From Entomortierella parvispora E1425 (taxonomy: Eukaryota; Fungi; Mortierellomycota), in NCBI GenBank assembly GCA_020891255.1, contig BQFW01000015.1:1612001-1676000 (forward strand): DNA of 64,000 bases, read 5' to 3'. The translations under genes were made by a program, and so were the position numbers. Shown here one piece after another: positions 11,622 to 23,299 of this stretch. Positions within the stretch are counted from its first letter, which is position 1, and every line of letters begins with the position of its first letter. Below the pieces are notes generated by a model. That model worked only from the letters and a program-made list of their open reading frames with translations, searched no databases and was not told the origin of the DNA.

Positions 11622-14095
11622 CTATGACCAAGTTTCTCCATCAAATCCGACAAAACCCTGCAAAAGCAATACAAGAAAAACTGTCAGCGTTGCGTGCATA
11701 TCGATCATTAGTCATGACTGAGGCTCATGGAGCAATGCACTTACCGTGAGCAAGAAAATGGGGAAGAAAGGCTTCTTCTCGATCTGCGAGCACCAGTTCC
11801 AGGCAGAAGTCAATCGTCCGTCAATGCAGGAACCTGGCAAAGGAAAAAAGAAGCAGTCTGTGCGTTAGGATCGTTACACCTAATGGACAAAACACAACAA
11901 ATAAGTAGCGAGTTGGATCCCCCGCTTACCGGCAGAGAAAAAGTTGTCTGCTCCCGATCCGTCAAAGGCCATTCTGAAGAAGTCACAGACAATCTGCTTG
12001 CGAAGGTTTGTAACACCTCCAAAGTTTTCCCGAATGTAGGTGTGGATTCCTTCATCCTTTGCAATATCGTCAATCTTCTCAAGCGTGGTGATGATGGGGT
12101 TCAATATCCTGGCGACCTGGTTGTACTTGTCAATGAACATGAACGCGTTGGGTACGTTGCTGTCTCCAAGATGGATGACTGAACTGCCCACCCATGTTCC
12201 TGCTTTTTGTTGAGCTTTGTGCAAGATGGTATGCATCGCCTTGGAGACGGCGGGGCAGCTTTGGAGACGCTGCAAGCCCTGTCCAGTGTCGCGGAGGCGG
12301 TAGTCATTGTCCAACATATCGTCGTCCGACATCATCCAGAGATAGAACATCTCGTGGGCAATCTCTCGCCAGAGATTCAAGGTTTGGTTAATGTACCAGT
12401 ACTGAGTCTCGTGGTTGTGGGTCAAGCGAGCTCCCTGACTTCCAGAGCGGATGGCCAATGAGAAACCATCTTCGATGTTGGTAGGATGGAAAAAAGTCGT
12501 CAAGTACTTGAGCATCTTGTCGCAGGGATCGCTACATGAAGAGATCCATCAGAGTATTAGTATTAGAGGGACATCTTGATACCTTTCACCAAGACCAACG
12601 ATGCGTCTTTCTTACCGATTGGTTCTCAAGAAGGAGTGATTGTCTCCGATAGAGTACAGACAGACCTTGATCTCGTCAGGAGTGAGGTTTCCATTGGCGT
12701 ACTTCCGACTCAGCGCTTCGATAGCCCGCTCCTTCTTTCGAATTTCGAGAGTAATCTGTTGACGCGTCTTTCCATCAGAGATGATCTCCTTGGTGGCATC
12801 TGCAACAAGATCGTTCCTGAGAACATTCAATCCGCCTCTTTCCTCAAGGAATCCATGGACAGTCTTGATAGGAATGATGCAGCTGAATCCCAATGTCGAT
12901 TCAATCTCATCCATGGATGAGTCCATGAGTAAATACATCAATTTTCCGTAAGCGCTCCTCATCTTTTCAGGATTCATAATCTTGTGCCTTCTTCCAATTT
13001 CAAAAATGATCTGGAAAAATTCCTCGTTGTCTTCGAAACTCTTGTCGGCGAAAAGTTCTTGACCACGACGATAGTCGTTCGCGACTAATAGCGTTCAATA
13101 AGATACGTCGTCAATATCGGTGCCACATTGAAAGTGGACCCTAAAAGTCGACAAAACTGAATTTCGATCCTTCTTACCAACAAGTCCTGAAATAATGGCG
13201 CAAAGGTCTTTGATCTGATGGACAATACGCTTCGCTTTGCTGGTGTAAGAGAGAATGTCGACCTTGTCCGTGTATTCGCTAACGTTCAAAGCTGCTTCAA
13301 GGCTAAGATTGAGGAGAGGAGAGGATGCTGTCAACAACAGAAACCAGACACAGCATCAGTTGCTCAATGGACAAAGAGAGAGAGAGAGCAGAGATTGCAC
13401 AAAAAAAAAAAAAAAAAAAAAAAGAAAAACAAGGGGAGGCCTTCAAGACTTACAGACGCAAGAGCTTTCGCTCTCCCAGATCAAGGCGCATCGGAATGTA
13501 CTTTGAACGCTCAAGGATCCAGTCTCCGAAAGTAGAAGAGCCGCTAGAGACGATGACTTTGGCCTCTGGAAGGTCTGTCAACGTTTCGTCGCTGAGAGAG
13601 CTGCCTTTGGACGAGGAGGCCGACACACCATTGATCGATGCCGCAGGGGTAGCAGACTTGCCGTTGGGTTTGAAGATTTCCTTCTTGATGTGCCTGACTC
13701 TGTTTCCTGTGCGATGGATCATGGCTACGGGACCAAAGAAAAGAAGAAAGGAACATACGTAAGGACTTTGGTCGGTCTCCATGCACTCAGAAGACAGCCA
13801 TCGGCCATCAGCCATCAGACTAAAAAGATGGGTGGCAAAAGGAACGGCGATTACCATAGCAAACCTCGCAAAAGTCCTCGGCGCACTGCTCGCAGGAGTA
13901 AAAGGACTCTTGGTCTTTACATTCGACGCAAAAGCCCTCGGCGGTGGCCTGGGCAGCTGCGAGGTCCTCATTCATCAGTTGGTCTTCGTCGGCTGTGTCC
14001 TGGCCTGGCGAGTCATTCTCATTGTCGCTGTCAAAGTGATCTTCACGCTGAAGGATCTCTTCCAGTCTGTGCTTCCGATCAGCGCTGTCCCCCAT
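11622..14095 (-). CDS. UPF0652/DUF2009 family protein with an N-terminal B-box-like zinc finger
   Basis: CVECKDQ..CEQCAEDFCEVCYAMIHRTGNRVRH finger; ERSKYIPMRL..ERKLLRLLEAALNVSEYTDKVD; GRRHKIMNPEKMRSAYGKLMY; GARLTHNHETQY; FDGSGADNFFSAGSCIDGRLTSAWNWCS. Seven exons join cleanly. Confidence 0.85.
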
Positions 14096-14345
14096 GGTGA
14101 GTCAAGGATAGAGGGAAGAGATGGGAAGTCGAAGAGGAGAGGGAGAAGGGAGGGAGAGGGGAGATGTGAACAGGAGAGAAGGAGAGAGGGAGAAAAAGAG
14201 AAAGAGAGAACATGCACGCATGGCGATGCAGCCAAGGCAAGGCACCCATGAGCCTCCCTCCTTCGCCCCCGCACAGGGCAGTCGCATGAAGAACACCCCT
14301 TAAGGGACAGGAGAGAGAGAAACCCGTTTGGTCGTTCGCGACTAT

Positions 14346-14346
<1 letters not shown>

Positions 14347-14378
<32 letters not shown>

Positions 14379-14440
14379 GCGTCTGGCTGTCTGTCTGTCT
14401 ATCTGCCTGTCTATCTGCCTGTCTATCTGCCTGTCTGTCT
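14347..14440. repeat. Poly-T tract plus CTGT/CTATCTGC microsatellite in the divergent promoter between UPF0652 and the HAM1-like gene
   Basis: About T30, then three copies of CTGTCTATCTGC flanked by CTGT units. Confidence 0.9.
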
Positions 14441-14556
14441 TTGCTCGTCTCGTCCTTCATTCCTTCACTCACATAAACACACTCTCTCGATCAACACCAC
14501 CTTGTTTTTTACCGTCCGCATTCACTTCCTCCATCTTCATCCTCCCTGTTGCTATT

Positions 14557-17268
14557 ATGGCTCTGAATTGGATCGCCTCCGACAACAAGACATTTGAAAA
14601 CGAGCCCCTTTGGCCTTTCAGGTAACAGGACTCGGTTGATGATGTTGGACTTGCAGTCCGTAATAACAAACATACCAGCCTGCACCGCTGACAGCTGTCA
14701 CTATTCCTTCTCTCCGTGTGGATGTAGTCGAACAGCAAAGGACACTTTTGCATCACTTCCTCAAATGTGGTTCTCCTCAGACGACCAAGTGCACCCCTCG
14801 GGCGACGACACTTCGAGTTTGAGCACGCAGGAGCTCAAGGACGCGTTCAGCGTCTGGTTCACTTATCTTCGTGAGAAGTTTTACATCGATCGTCTCGTTC
14901 ACGCTCTGTATCTTCCGTCCGCCGACAGCGGCAGGAAGACCATGCAGGCTTTCGCCGCAGAAGAATGTGCTCGCATTGCATACGGTAAGAGTCGCTCTGA
15001 TTGATACGCTTTCGACCGCACCCGCCACTGATCATCCTCCATTACGCACACCAGACCTACGACTTCCAATGATCAAAAGTTATATATATATAAAAGTCTA
15101 ATCAATGGATTCCATTATCTTGTCTTTGGACTTTATACTTTCAATCCCCACACAGTCAATACTGCACGCGTGCGCTTTCCGCGTCCAGCTGAGCTCCAGT
15201 CCGCCCTCCGCATGGCACGCGACCAGAGCTTTGAGTTCCTGACTGCCTTGTTGTCAAACTCGGGATTGCGCTTCCGTCTCTGCATCCTTGCTCACTTGTT
15301 CGAGTCAGCCCTCGCACTCTCCAATGGCGTTTCTCATGTCGAACACCCGCGCGATCTAGACGAGGAGGAGATGGCCTATGTCATTAAGAAAATGCAGGGA
15401 GTCTTTTACGAACTACTCAACGATCTCGAAACAAAGCGTCCGCTGCAGAACTTCTTGGACAGCGTGCGCGATCTAATTGTCAGCCGGGCATTTGTGGTTG
15501 ACAAAGACGACGACGGTGATAGGGAGGAATTCGAGACCCATGCTTTGATCAAAGACATCTTTCCAGTCCTTGCAGCCATCCAGCGCGAGTTTGACAATCT
15601 CGGACTCGAACGTGACAACAAGAAGAACACAGATTTGAGATCGAACGCCGCCACTCTTTGGACCTTCATCAAACTCTCCTTGACTGAAGAGAGATTTGTC
15701 TGCAACCCCGATTACATGGATGCCGCCATAACAATGTTCAAGGCCATTCGTGAATCTTTGAACCTCGAAAACAACAACGGACCAGCCAAGAGACTCCTTC
15801 AAACCTTGGTCAGTACCGCTGACCAGCTCTGGGACGGTGGTAAAGAGACTTATTCATGCTTGGCAATGGAAAGGATCTACGCCTACTTTATCCGTCGGTC
15901 CATCCAGCGTGCCCCTGGCACTTCGAGGAATACACGTCTGGGAGAAAACATCGGCTTTAGCAACAACTGGGACATGATGCAAGATTTTCAATCCTTTGTC
16001 CAGTCTATTGCTCGCAATATCTCCCCAGTTCCAGTACCTGGAATCGCTTGGAAAAGCGAGGGCTATGAGATGAATCTAGAGTCTGTAGTCCTCGAGTTTC
16101 CAAAGTTCTCGCAGCGCAACATCCAATTGACTTCGAGCATGATCTACGATGCACCCTTGGGTACGCTTGTCCGCAAATGGAACTTGAAAATGTAAGTTAT
16201 CATGAAAAACCAGGCAGTCAGCTTTTATATTTGTTGATGTGGTCAATTCTAATTGATATCGTTTGATTTTTCCCTGATAGTTCCGGCATGGAGGTGGTGA
16301 CCGCAAATGTGCAATTCTTCTTTGCCACGACTTCGGCCCTATTCGGCAGGATCACAGACTCTGGAAAAATGAGCCTGAGGATCCCAGAAGACAGTTTGCA
16401 GCTCGAGTTCTCGTTCACCATTTCTCCTCCAAAACTTCCAGAGTACTTGGTCAAGGTGAATCGCCAATCGTTGGACCGACCGATGATGCTAAGACCACCC
16501 GTTTTCCTCCGCGGCCTTTCCATTCCACCCCGTGGTGATCTACGCGGTCCTGAAGAAAGGCCTGGAGTGTCTACTGTAGATGGCCGTCGACACAAAAGAG
16601 GCTCTCAAAGTGTCCACATTCAGCACAGCGGTGCTAGATTCCCTTCTCCCCCCAACTCGGCCACTGGAGATAGCTCGCAAACGGTGAATATCATTCAATC
16701 CATTCTCCATCCAAACATGTCTTTGAGCAAGCTTGTAGATAGCAAAGGAAAGCCCCCTAGTGCTTCGAGTCTTAGCCTTGCTCGCCCTGGTCGCCGTCTC
16801 TCCTACGCCAACAAAATCGATATCCGCGCACTTTATGAGGAGCACGGCCCGTCACTGAGCGAAAATGAGACTGCCAACACAACTTCTGGAAATGGTTTAC
16901 GCCGGCGTCGTCCCTACCAGCGGAGACTAAGATCGGGTCATGACTGTATCACGATCAATACCTGCCTGATTGAAATCCAAAGGTTGGACGTCGATGTGGT
17001 CGATGCAAAGAGACCTCTTCTCTTTGCCATGGTCAAAGGTGCTCTGATCAATCATCTCCGAAAATCCATCGAGCAGACGTTTCTTGAGGCCATTGAGGAT
17101 GTGGTTGATGCTGCGAATGAAGGAGTTGAGCATGTCTCCAACTTTACGGAGGAAGACTTTGAGAAGAGACATGGAAGTCTCCCTAGTCCACCTGTCCAGA
17201 AGCCAACGCGATTCTCTTGGAATGGTGATCAGGAATCCTCCATCTATGCAGCGTACCCTATTTTGTAG
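14557..17268 (+). CDS. Divergent HAM1-like (DUF5923/DUF4449-type) fungal protein
   Basis: Four exons (14557-14621, 14728-14984, approx. 15154-16191, approx. 16279-17268). VPVPGIAWKSEGYEMNLESVVL, ISGMEVVTANVQFFF and IEIQRLDVDVVDAKRPLLFAMVKGALINHLRKSIE recall this family; assignment is from memory. Confidence 0.6.
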
Positions 17269-17354
17269 GAAAGAACATTGCCTTCATAAAACTTTCTGCT
17301 TCAACCCAAGACCCGTCTTCTCTTTCCATAGCAGCAACAATAGCGACCATGTTT

Positions 17355-19231
17355 TTATTTTGGAATGTTGTCTATGTCCACCCGACCAAGTTCGCTCGCT
17401 AGGTCCTCTACCTTGCAATGCTTTTGTTCCATCTTGTCCAAGTCGCGGAAGGTCACTACCCCACGACTCATTTCTTCTGTTCCAATCAAAACAGCGTGGC
17501 TTGCGTTCAGTTTGCTGGCCTTGGCGAGCTGTTTAGGCAGTTGGGATTTGGTGCTGGTAGAGCTCGTTAAGTGCATAAACTCGACTGGAAACCCTTGCTC
17601 TCTGATAGTAGCACTGACATTAAAGGCATGACTATGGAGACCAGCAGCAGAGGTGGCAGAAGGCGCGGAGATTGAGTCAGCCACTGCTCGATCGGGTACT
17701 GGTATAATGGCAATTGGGCGCCTCTTCTTTGGGATATCTTGGTCCTTTACAAGTAGACTCAGTCTCTCCAAGCCTGCGGCCCAACCAATAGAGGGAACGC
17801 CGGTAGGTCCACCCATCTTTTCCACCAGTCCATCATATCGACCGCCGGCCAGAACCGTGCCTTGCTGTGCCCCCAGCAATGGACTAGAAACCTTGAACTC
17901 AAAGACCGTGTCCTGATAATAATCCAATCCACGTACAAGTTTCGAGTTCACAATGAATGGAATCTCGAGATGCTGCAAAGTTTCTGTGATGAATGAGAAT
18001 CGATCCCGAGATGTCTCACTGAGATAATCCGATAGTGAAGGTGCAGCTTTCAGAATCTCGATATCTTGAGGCGACTTTGAATCCAGGATTCTGAGCGGAT
18101 TGGTCTCTAGTCTAGAAGAAGTTCACATGTCACAGTGAAGGGAAAAAGGAAGCAGTTAGATACCTTGTATTTTTTTTTTTCTGTGGCGGACGATGGTACC
18201 TGTTAACACTGTCAGCAGAAAGTCTGTCCTTGTATTCCGACAGGTAATCCTTCAAAGCTGCCCTATATCGCTGCCTCGATTGGTTGTCTCCTAAGGAATT
18301 GACCTCTAGCTATGAAAGAGGTTCAGGGGTTAGTCGCTACTCCATGTCCAAAAGACGAGAAACCTTGTCTTCAAAACTCAATCGTACCGACAGTGACTCC
18401 AGTCCGAGACTCTTCAAAAACTTGGATGCCAACTCAATGGTTTCCACATCGGACGACGCATGGCTCTGACCATATACTTCAACTCCAAATTGTTCAAACT
18501 AGAACACCGAATAAAAATCAAAGGAAGGTAAGATTTCCGTTTAAGTGATCTCGACAGCAACAATGATAGCGCCTATCCTATTTCTTACCTGGCGGAGACG
18601 TCCTTTTTGAGGGCGTTCATGTCGAAACATGGGTCCGTGATAGTAATATTTCTGAGGCAATTCCGTGTATTGTTTTTGACTGATCAAAGCCCTGGTAATT
18701 CCAGCAGTGCCCTCCGGTCGCATTGTCAGTCTTGAACCTCCCTTGTCCTCAAAGCTGTAAAGTTCTTTCCCGACCACATCTGAGTCATCGCCAAGAGTCC
18801 TCTCAAATACTCGAGAATACTCCAGAATGGGGGTCGTGATCTGTACAGCAAACAATAAAAACAACTGTCAATTGAAGATCCAAGCCAAGAGCAACATCTG
18901 TCGTGGGTATAGTCCCTCGAGACTAACCTGCTCAAATCCATAGAGATTAGACAAATGAGCACCTCTATCCACGATCCACTTGAAGCGTCTGTTTTCCTCC
19001 CCAAAGCGATCTTTCATACCACGAACTGGATTCGTTTGCTCTTTTGGTGAAGGATAAAATAAGGAGCGAAAAATATAGAAAGAGTCAGGAACAATGTTTC
19101 CATGCTAGTTGATCATGGCGGCCAAAGGCCGCATTGAATTCCTCTATACCATTGACAGCCTTGGTGCTAAGGCATCGGCAAAGGTTCCTGGCTGGTAGAG
19201 CAGCACGGACTCGGAATGCAACGGCGGTCAT
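17355..19231 (-). CDS. hisS: Histidyl-tRNA synthetase, bacterial HisS type, with mitochondrial presequence
   Basis: [87 protein letters not shown]. Exon 1 (19231-19150) encodes [27 protein letters not shown]. Confidence 0.95.
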
Positions 19232-19408
19232 GGAGTGGATTGAATCATTCTCTTGCTCTGACAGACATTCACGCTTTGTCCTCCGGGAGAGACGGTTGGA
19301 AGCACGTGACCTTTTTTCACAGTCGTTTTCACACTCTGCCCAAAAACTTACGCCTCCTCACTCCATCACTCCTACTACTCCACCTTTCACTCACCAAACA
19401 CAGCCATC

Positions 19409-19651
19409 ATGAGCGGACGACAAAGCGGAAAAGACAGCAGCGGCGGCCAGAGCAACAACTCGGGCGGTTCCTACAAGGGTCCAACCAACTCTGAGATTTA
19501 CAAGTCGGCTGGGGGACAGAAGAACTTCATGGAGTCCTACGGACTCAAGGGTCATGATGGCGGGTACGCAGAGTCGCGCCATATTGCCGAGGCCTTCCGA
19601 AAGGCCGATGTCGATGCCCACAATGAAGCTCAAGGCTCGAACCGCCGTTAA
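19409..19651 (+). CDS. Small intronless hydrophilic protein (80 aa), uncharacterised
   Basis: ATG in CATCATG context after a pyrimidine/CA-rich leader; strongly C/G-ending codons; GGQKNFMESYGLKGHDGGYAESRHIAEAFR core. Confidence 0.75.
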   Translation: MSGRQSGKDSSGGQSNNSGGSYKGPTNSEIYKSAGGQKNFMESYGLKGHDGGYAESRHIAEAFRKADVDAHNEAQGSNRR

Positions 19652-20524
19652 GATGGCCACCGCCGTTAAGATGGGCCCTCTCTCTGACACCTCAAATGTG
19701 AAGAATAACGAAAATCTCGTTTTTTCTTGCCGATATTCTTCAACAAACATTCATTGTCTTCCTTCTGTTCTCGTCGCTTCAGCGTCCACGTTCTGTCTTT
19801 GTTCTCCATCTTCAATTCAATGTCTTCAATAAAACATACTTGCCCGTGGGCGAAGAAACGAAGGTCTCTCGTTGTCACTTTGCCACTTCAGAGGCGGGCA
19901 AGGTGGGGGTATGGGGTTGAAACTCTTTGAGCTGACCCCTTGCCACTACGCTCTCGCTCTCTGGTTCTTTCATACGCGACCTGCGTGTACGATACAATCG
20001 CAGGTTATCTTCCCAAGCACAGTCTTTTCTGGTTGGTCCCTTCCTATCTAGAAGCAAGATGTTGGTCCTCCAGTAATGTCCGTCTCCCGCACGCGTCTCC
20101 CCTACTTCTATGTACTTCCCTGTTTTTTTTGTAGCCTATTTGAAAAGGGGGTTAGATGTGAGAGCGTGGGCAGATTTTCGGGCACGTGGAGCCTTGAGCA
20201 AGCGTTTGGTGGCCAGAAAAAAAGATAAACCCCTCAATGGGCTCGGGTGAGATTGAGAATCAGGCAACATCAATGTCGAACATGCAAACGACGCTCCCAC
20301 CAAGGATGGTGCATGATGTGAGGTATCCACTGATTTTTCACTGGATTTCTTTTCATTCATCCATCCAATAAGGAAGGCTTCTAGGGAGTTCAGGCACCCC
20401 TGTTGCGGAGCTCTGTGACGTGCTTCTGCACAATGAAAATAAGGACTCTTGGTTTGTTCTACATCACTCTTCTTCGAGGCCGTGGACAAGCTCTCTTCTC
20501 TTCTCTTTCATCATCATCTCCATC

Positions 20525-21655
20525 ATGTACGAATCACAGCACCACCACCCACATCACTCGTCTTCGTCCTCTGCTACAGGCGTTGGCATCACCTCGACCA
20601 ACCCTGTAACTGCCCAGGCACAGACGCAGGCTCAGGTCCAACAAGTACAGGGCTCCGCCACGTTGCAACAACAACAACAGTTTGCGCTCGAGTTCTGGGA
20701 GGAGCAGATTGTAGCAGCAGAGCAGTTTGACTCAGACTTCAAGAACCACCCTTTGCCCCTGGCCAGGATCAAGAAGGTCATGAAATCCGATCCAGAGGTC
20801 AAGATGATCTCGGCTGAAGCTCCCATCCTCTTCTCAAAGGCGTAAGTGGGGGGGCTCATAGATACATTCGGACACACAATCAGTTCAGGTTGACCTTAGG
20901 AGGCCTATTTAGGATGTGCATACAATAGTGCGAAGAACCGTATTGCGATCAATGTTCAATGATGTTTTCTAACCATCATCATTGAAAAAAAAAACCAATA
21001 GTTGCGAGATCTTTATCTGTGAGATTACCAGAAGAGCTTGGTTGAATGCCGAGGAGAACAAGCGGAGGACGCTGCAGCGAAGCGATGTTGCTAGTGCAGT
21101 CTCGCGGTCAGACCAGTTTGACTTTTTGATTGATATTGTGCCCAGGGAGGAGCCACCAAAGATGGCCAAGCGCTCGACATCTTCCCGGGAGGACCCTGCG
21201 CCTGAGGTAAAGACCAAAATCCATTAGCAAACATCGGCAAACGGCGAGTCCTTTTGGATCCCTACCTTGTTTTGCTTGACTTTGGGCTAATCCCAATATT
21301 TCTGCTTCTAAAACTATAGCCCGAGGCTTACGAAGACCAGCAGCAGCAACAACAACAACAGCAACCACCACAGCAGTACGCATCATACTATCCTCAGGGC
21401 CCTGGAGGTCTTACCGGATACCCACATGCCATCGACCCCCAATTTTACCAGGCCGTTTCGCATGATCAGTTTCAGCAATATATTCAGTACCAACAGGCCG
21501 CAGCCTACCAAGCGCAGCAACATCAACATCAGCAGCAACAGCATCATGCCGGATCCGCTGGAGCAGGAGCAGGGGCGGCTTCCTCACCTTCCGGTTCAGC
21601 TGCAGGAGATAGTCGGAGTGGGTCGGTTGGTTACGACTCTTCGCGACAGAGCTAA
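20525..21655 (+). CDS. HAP5: CCAAT-binding factor subunit NF-YC/Hap5
   Basis: Histone-fold [30 protein letters not shown]|[31 protein letters not shown]...[10 protein letters not shown]; Gln-rich tail; 3 exons. Confidence 0.96.
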
Positions 21656-21840
21656 ATGAAAATGGTCCCAAGCCTCCATTTTTTTGTGCCTGATCACTCC
21701 TTGGGCTCGGTGCACAAGACTGATTCATTAGCATTTTTCGTTTTTATGTGCAGGCAAACCACACTCATTAAAATACCATCAGTTTTCGTGACATTCACCT
21801 TGAAATTGGCTGCTAAATCTGTTTATTTTTTTAAACGGTT

Positions 21841-23059
21841 CTATGAGTCGCTCGAGGTGCTAGTTTCCGCCGGCGTTGGCTCTTTCTTTTCCTTTTCTTT
21901 GCCTTCAGAATCATACTGGATATAGCCTTTCGTGTGCTTGAGCGTGAACTCCTTCCCGTCTGTCCGCTCCCGATAGGTCTTTTGGATAAGCTCATAAAAG
22001 TACTTGTAGAACCAGAGTATGTCGTCGAATTGGTTTGTATAGGGTCCGAGCTTGTGTGTCGAAATCCATTCCTTGTGAGGAGTGATAATTTTGGATTCAG
22101 AAGTGGATTCCACAGTCTCAGGATCGGCCGTAACTCCTTGGCTTTCAGAAGCGGATGTGGCAGATGTGGCGGATATAGATGGTGACGATGATAGTGGCGT
22201 AGGGACAGGAAGAGTTGTGAGATAGGTCTCATGGTACTCTCGCAAAAAGTAATAAATGGCCTCGATGGTTGCCAAATGATCCCGGTCTTTCCTTTGGTGT
22301 CTCCAAAAGAGTGTCTCGTGGGGCGCAATGGTTACTATAATACGAAGAGTTTTCGATTGTTTGTTAACGAGGTTTGAGGTTGTTGTATCCAAGGGCACAG
22401 ATATCAGAGATCGACCAGTTTCTTATCAGTACCTCGTTTCATCCGGAGCAGAGGACTATCACTCTTTGACATCTTGTTGGCCTGCTCCCAAGTTCCGTCA
22501 ATAACCACCAGTTTGTCAAAAGAGCTGGGATCAATTTCTGAGAGCTGTTTGGCTTCCTATGTAGGCACCAATTTAAACGACAAGGTCTATCAGAGGAAAG
22601 ATTCTCTCTAGGTACAGAAATACGAACAGCACAATTCAAGATAGAGAGAAAAAGAGTACTTACTGGACTTGGGAACAAGAGCAAGAGCCGATCTACGTTC
22701 TCATACTTTGGCATGTCCTTGAATGCGTAGACTTCAACATCGTCAGGCGCCAAGATCTTTGCATGAAGTGCGGTCGATTTTCCGTCACGCTCCTGCTCAT
22801 GCTTGATGACGTCCAATTTGATGGGCAATTTGAGATGAGGAATCGAGCCCTCGGGGCAGTTAACAGGCTTGAGGCACTTGTAACAAAAGTATTTGCAGTT
22901 TTTGTTGCAGGTCGGACAATGCTTCTTTTCGATCGTGTCCAGCACATCGGTCGACGAAATGTCAAACTGTGAAAACGGTGACTTATATCTTTTGTTGAGT
23001 GCCATGCCCTCCGTGTCCTCTCCTGGTGATCTCTTGCAAGGGGTGTCCTGATCGGCCAT
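21841..23059 (-). CDS. DTWD1: tRNA-uridine aminocarboxypropyltransferase, DTW domain (DTWD1-like)
   Basis: CPTCNKNCKYFCYKC zinc knuckle; IKHEQERDGKSTALHAKILAP; LLLFP; VVIDGTW (DTW motif); TLFWRHQ; LATIEAIYYFLREY; FDDILWFY. Three exons. Confidence 0.92.
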
Positions 23060-23299
23060 GGTCTTTTTGCTTGGTTTGAAATGGCAAAACTTGAATGAAT
23101 GAAAAAAAGTCCGTGTTGCCACCAACTCGACAACGCTTACGGGTATGAGGCAGTCACCATTTTTTCATTTATTGTCATTCATTCGCGCCCCACGCGTCTG
23201 TTCTGTTTTCGAAAGGAACCTCTTCTCTTGGCCGTCTCGTCTGCATCCATTCAGTGTCCTTCATCGCATCCATCCGCCCATTTCGACCTCCCCCCAGCC

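Noticed and set aside
14637-14691. TGATGA...CTGA pair in the first intron of the HAM1-like gene
   Set aside because: Too short, no terminal stem, and the putative guide matches no rRNA sequence I recognise.
17235-17355. About 39 open codons after the HisRS TAG (read-through extension)
   Set aside because: Such a run is not rare by chance, the stop context is not a known read-through motif, and no targeting signal results.
19630-19645. GGTTCGAGCC (tRNA B-box-like) on the - strand
   Set aside because: The T-stem does not pair, there is no cloverleaf, and it lies within the small ORF.
20365-20369. CCAAT box upstream of the NF-YC gene (autoregulation)
   Set aside because: A single 5-mer is expected by chance; no other support.
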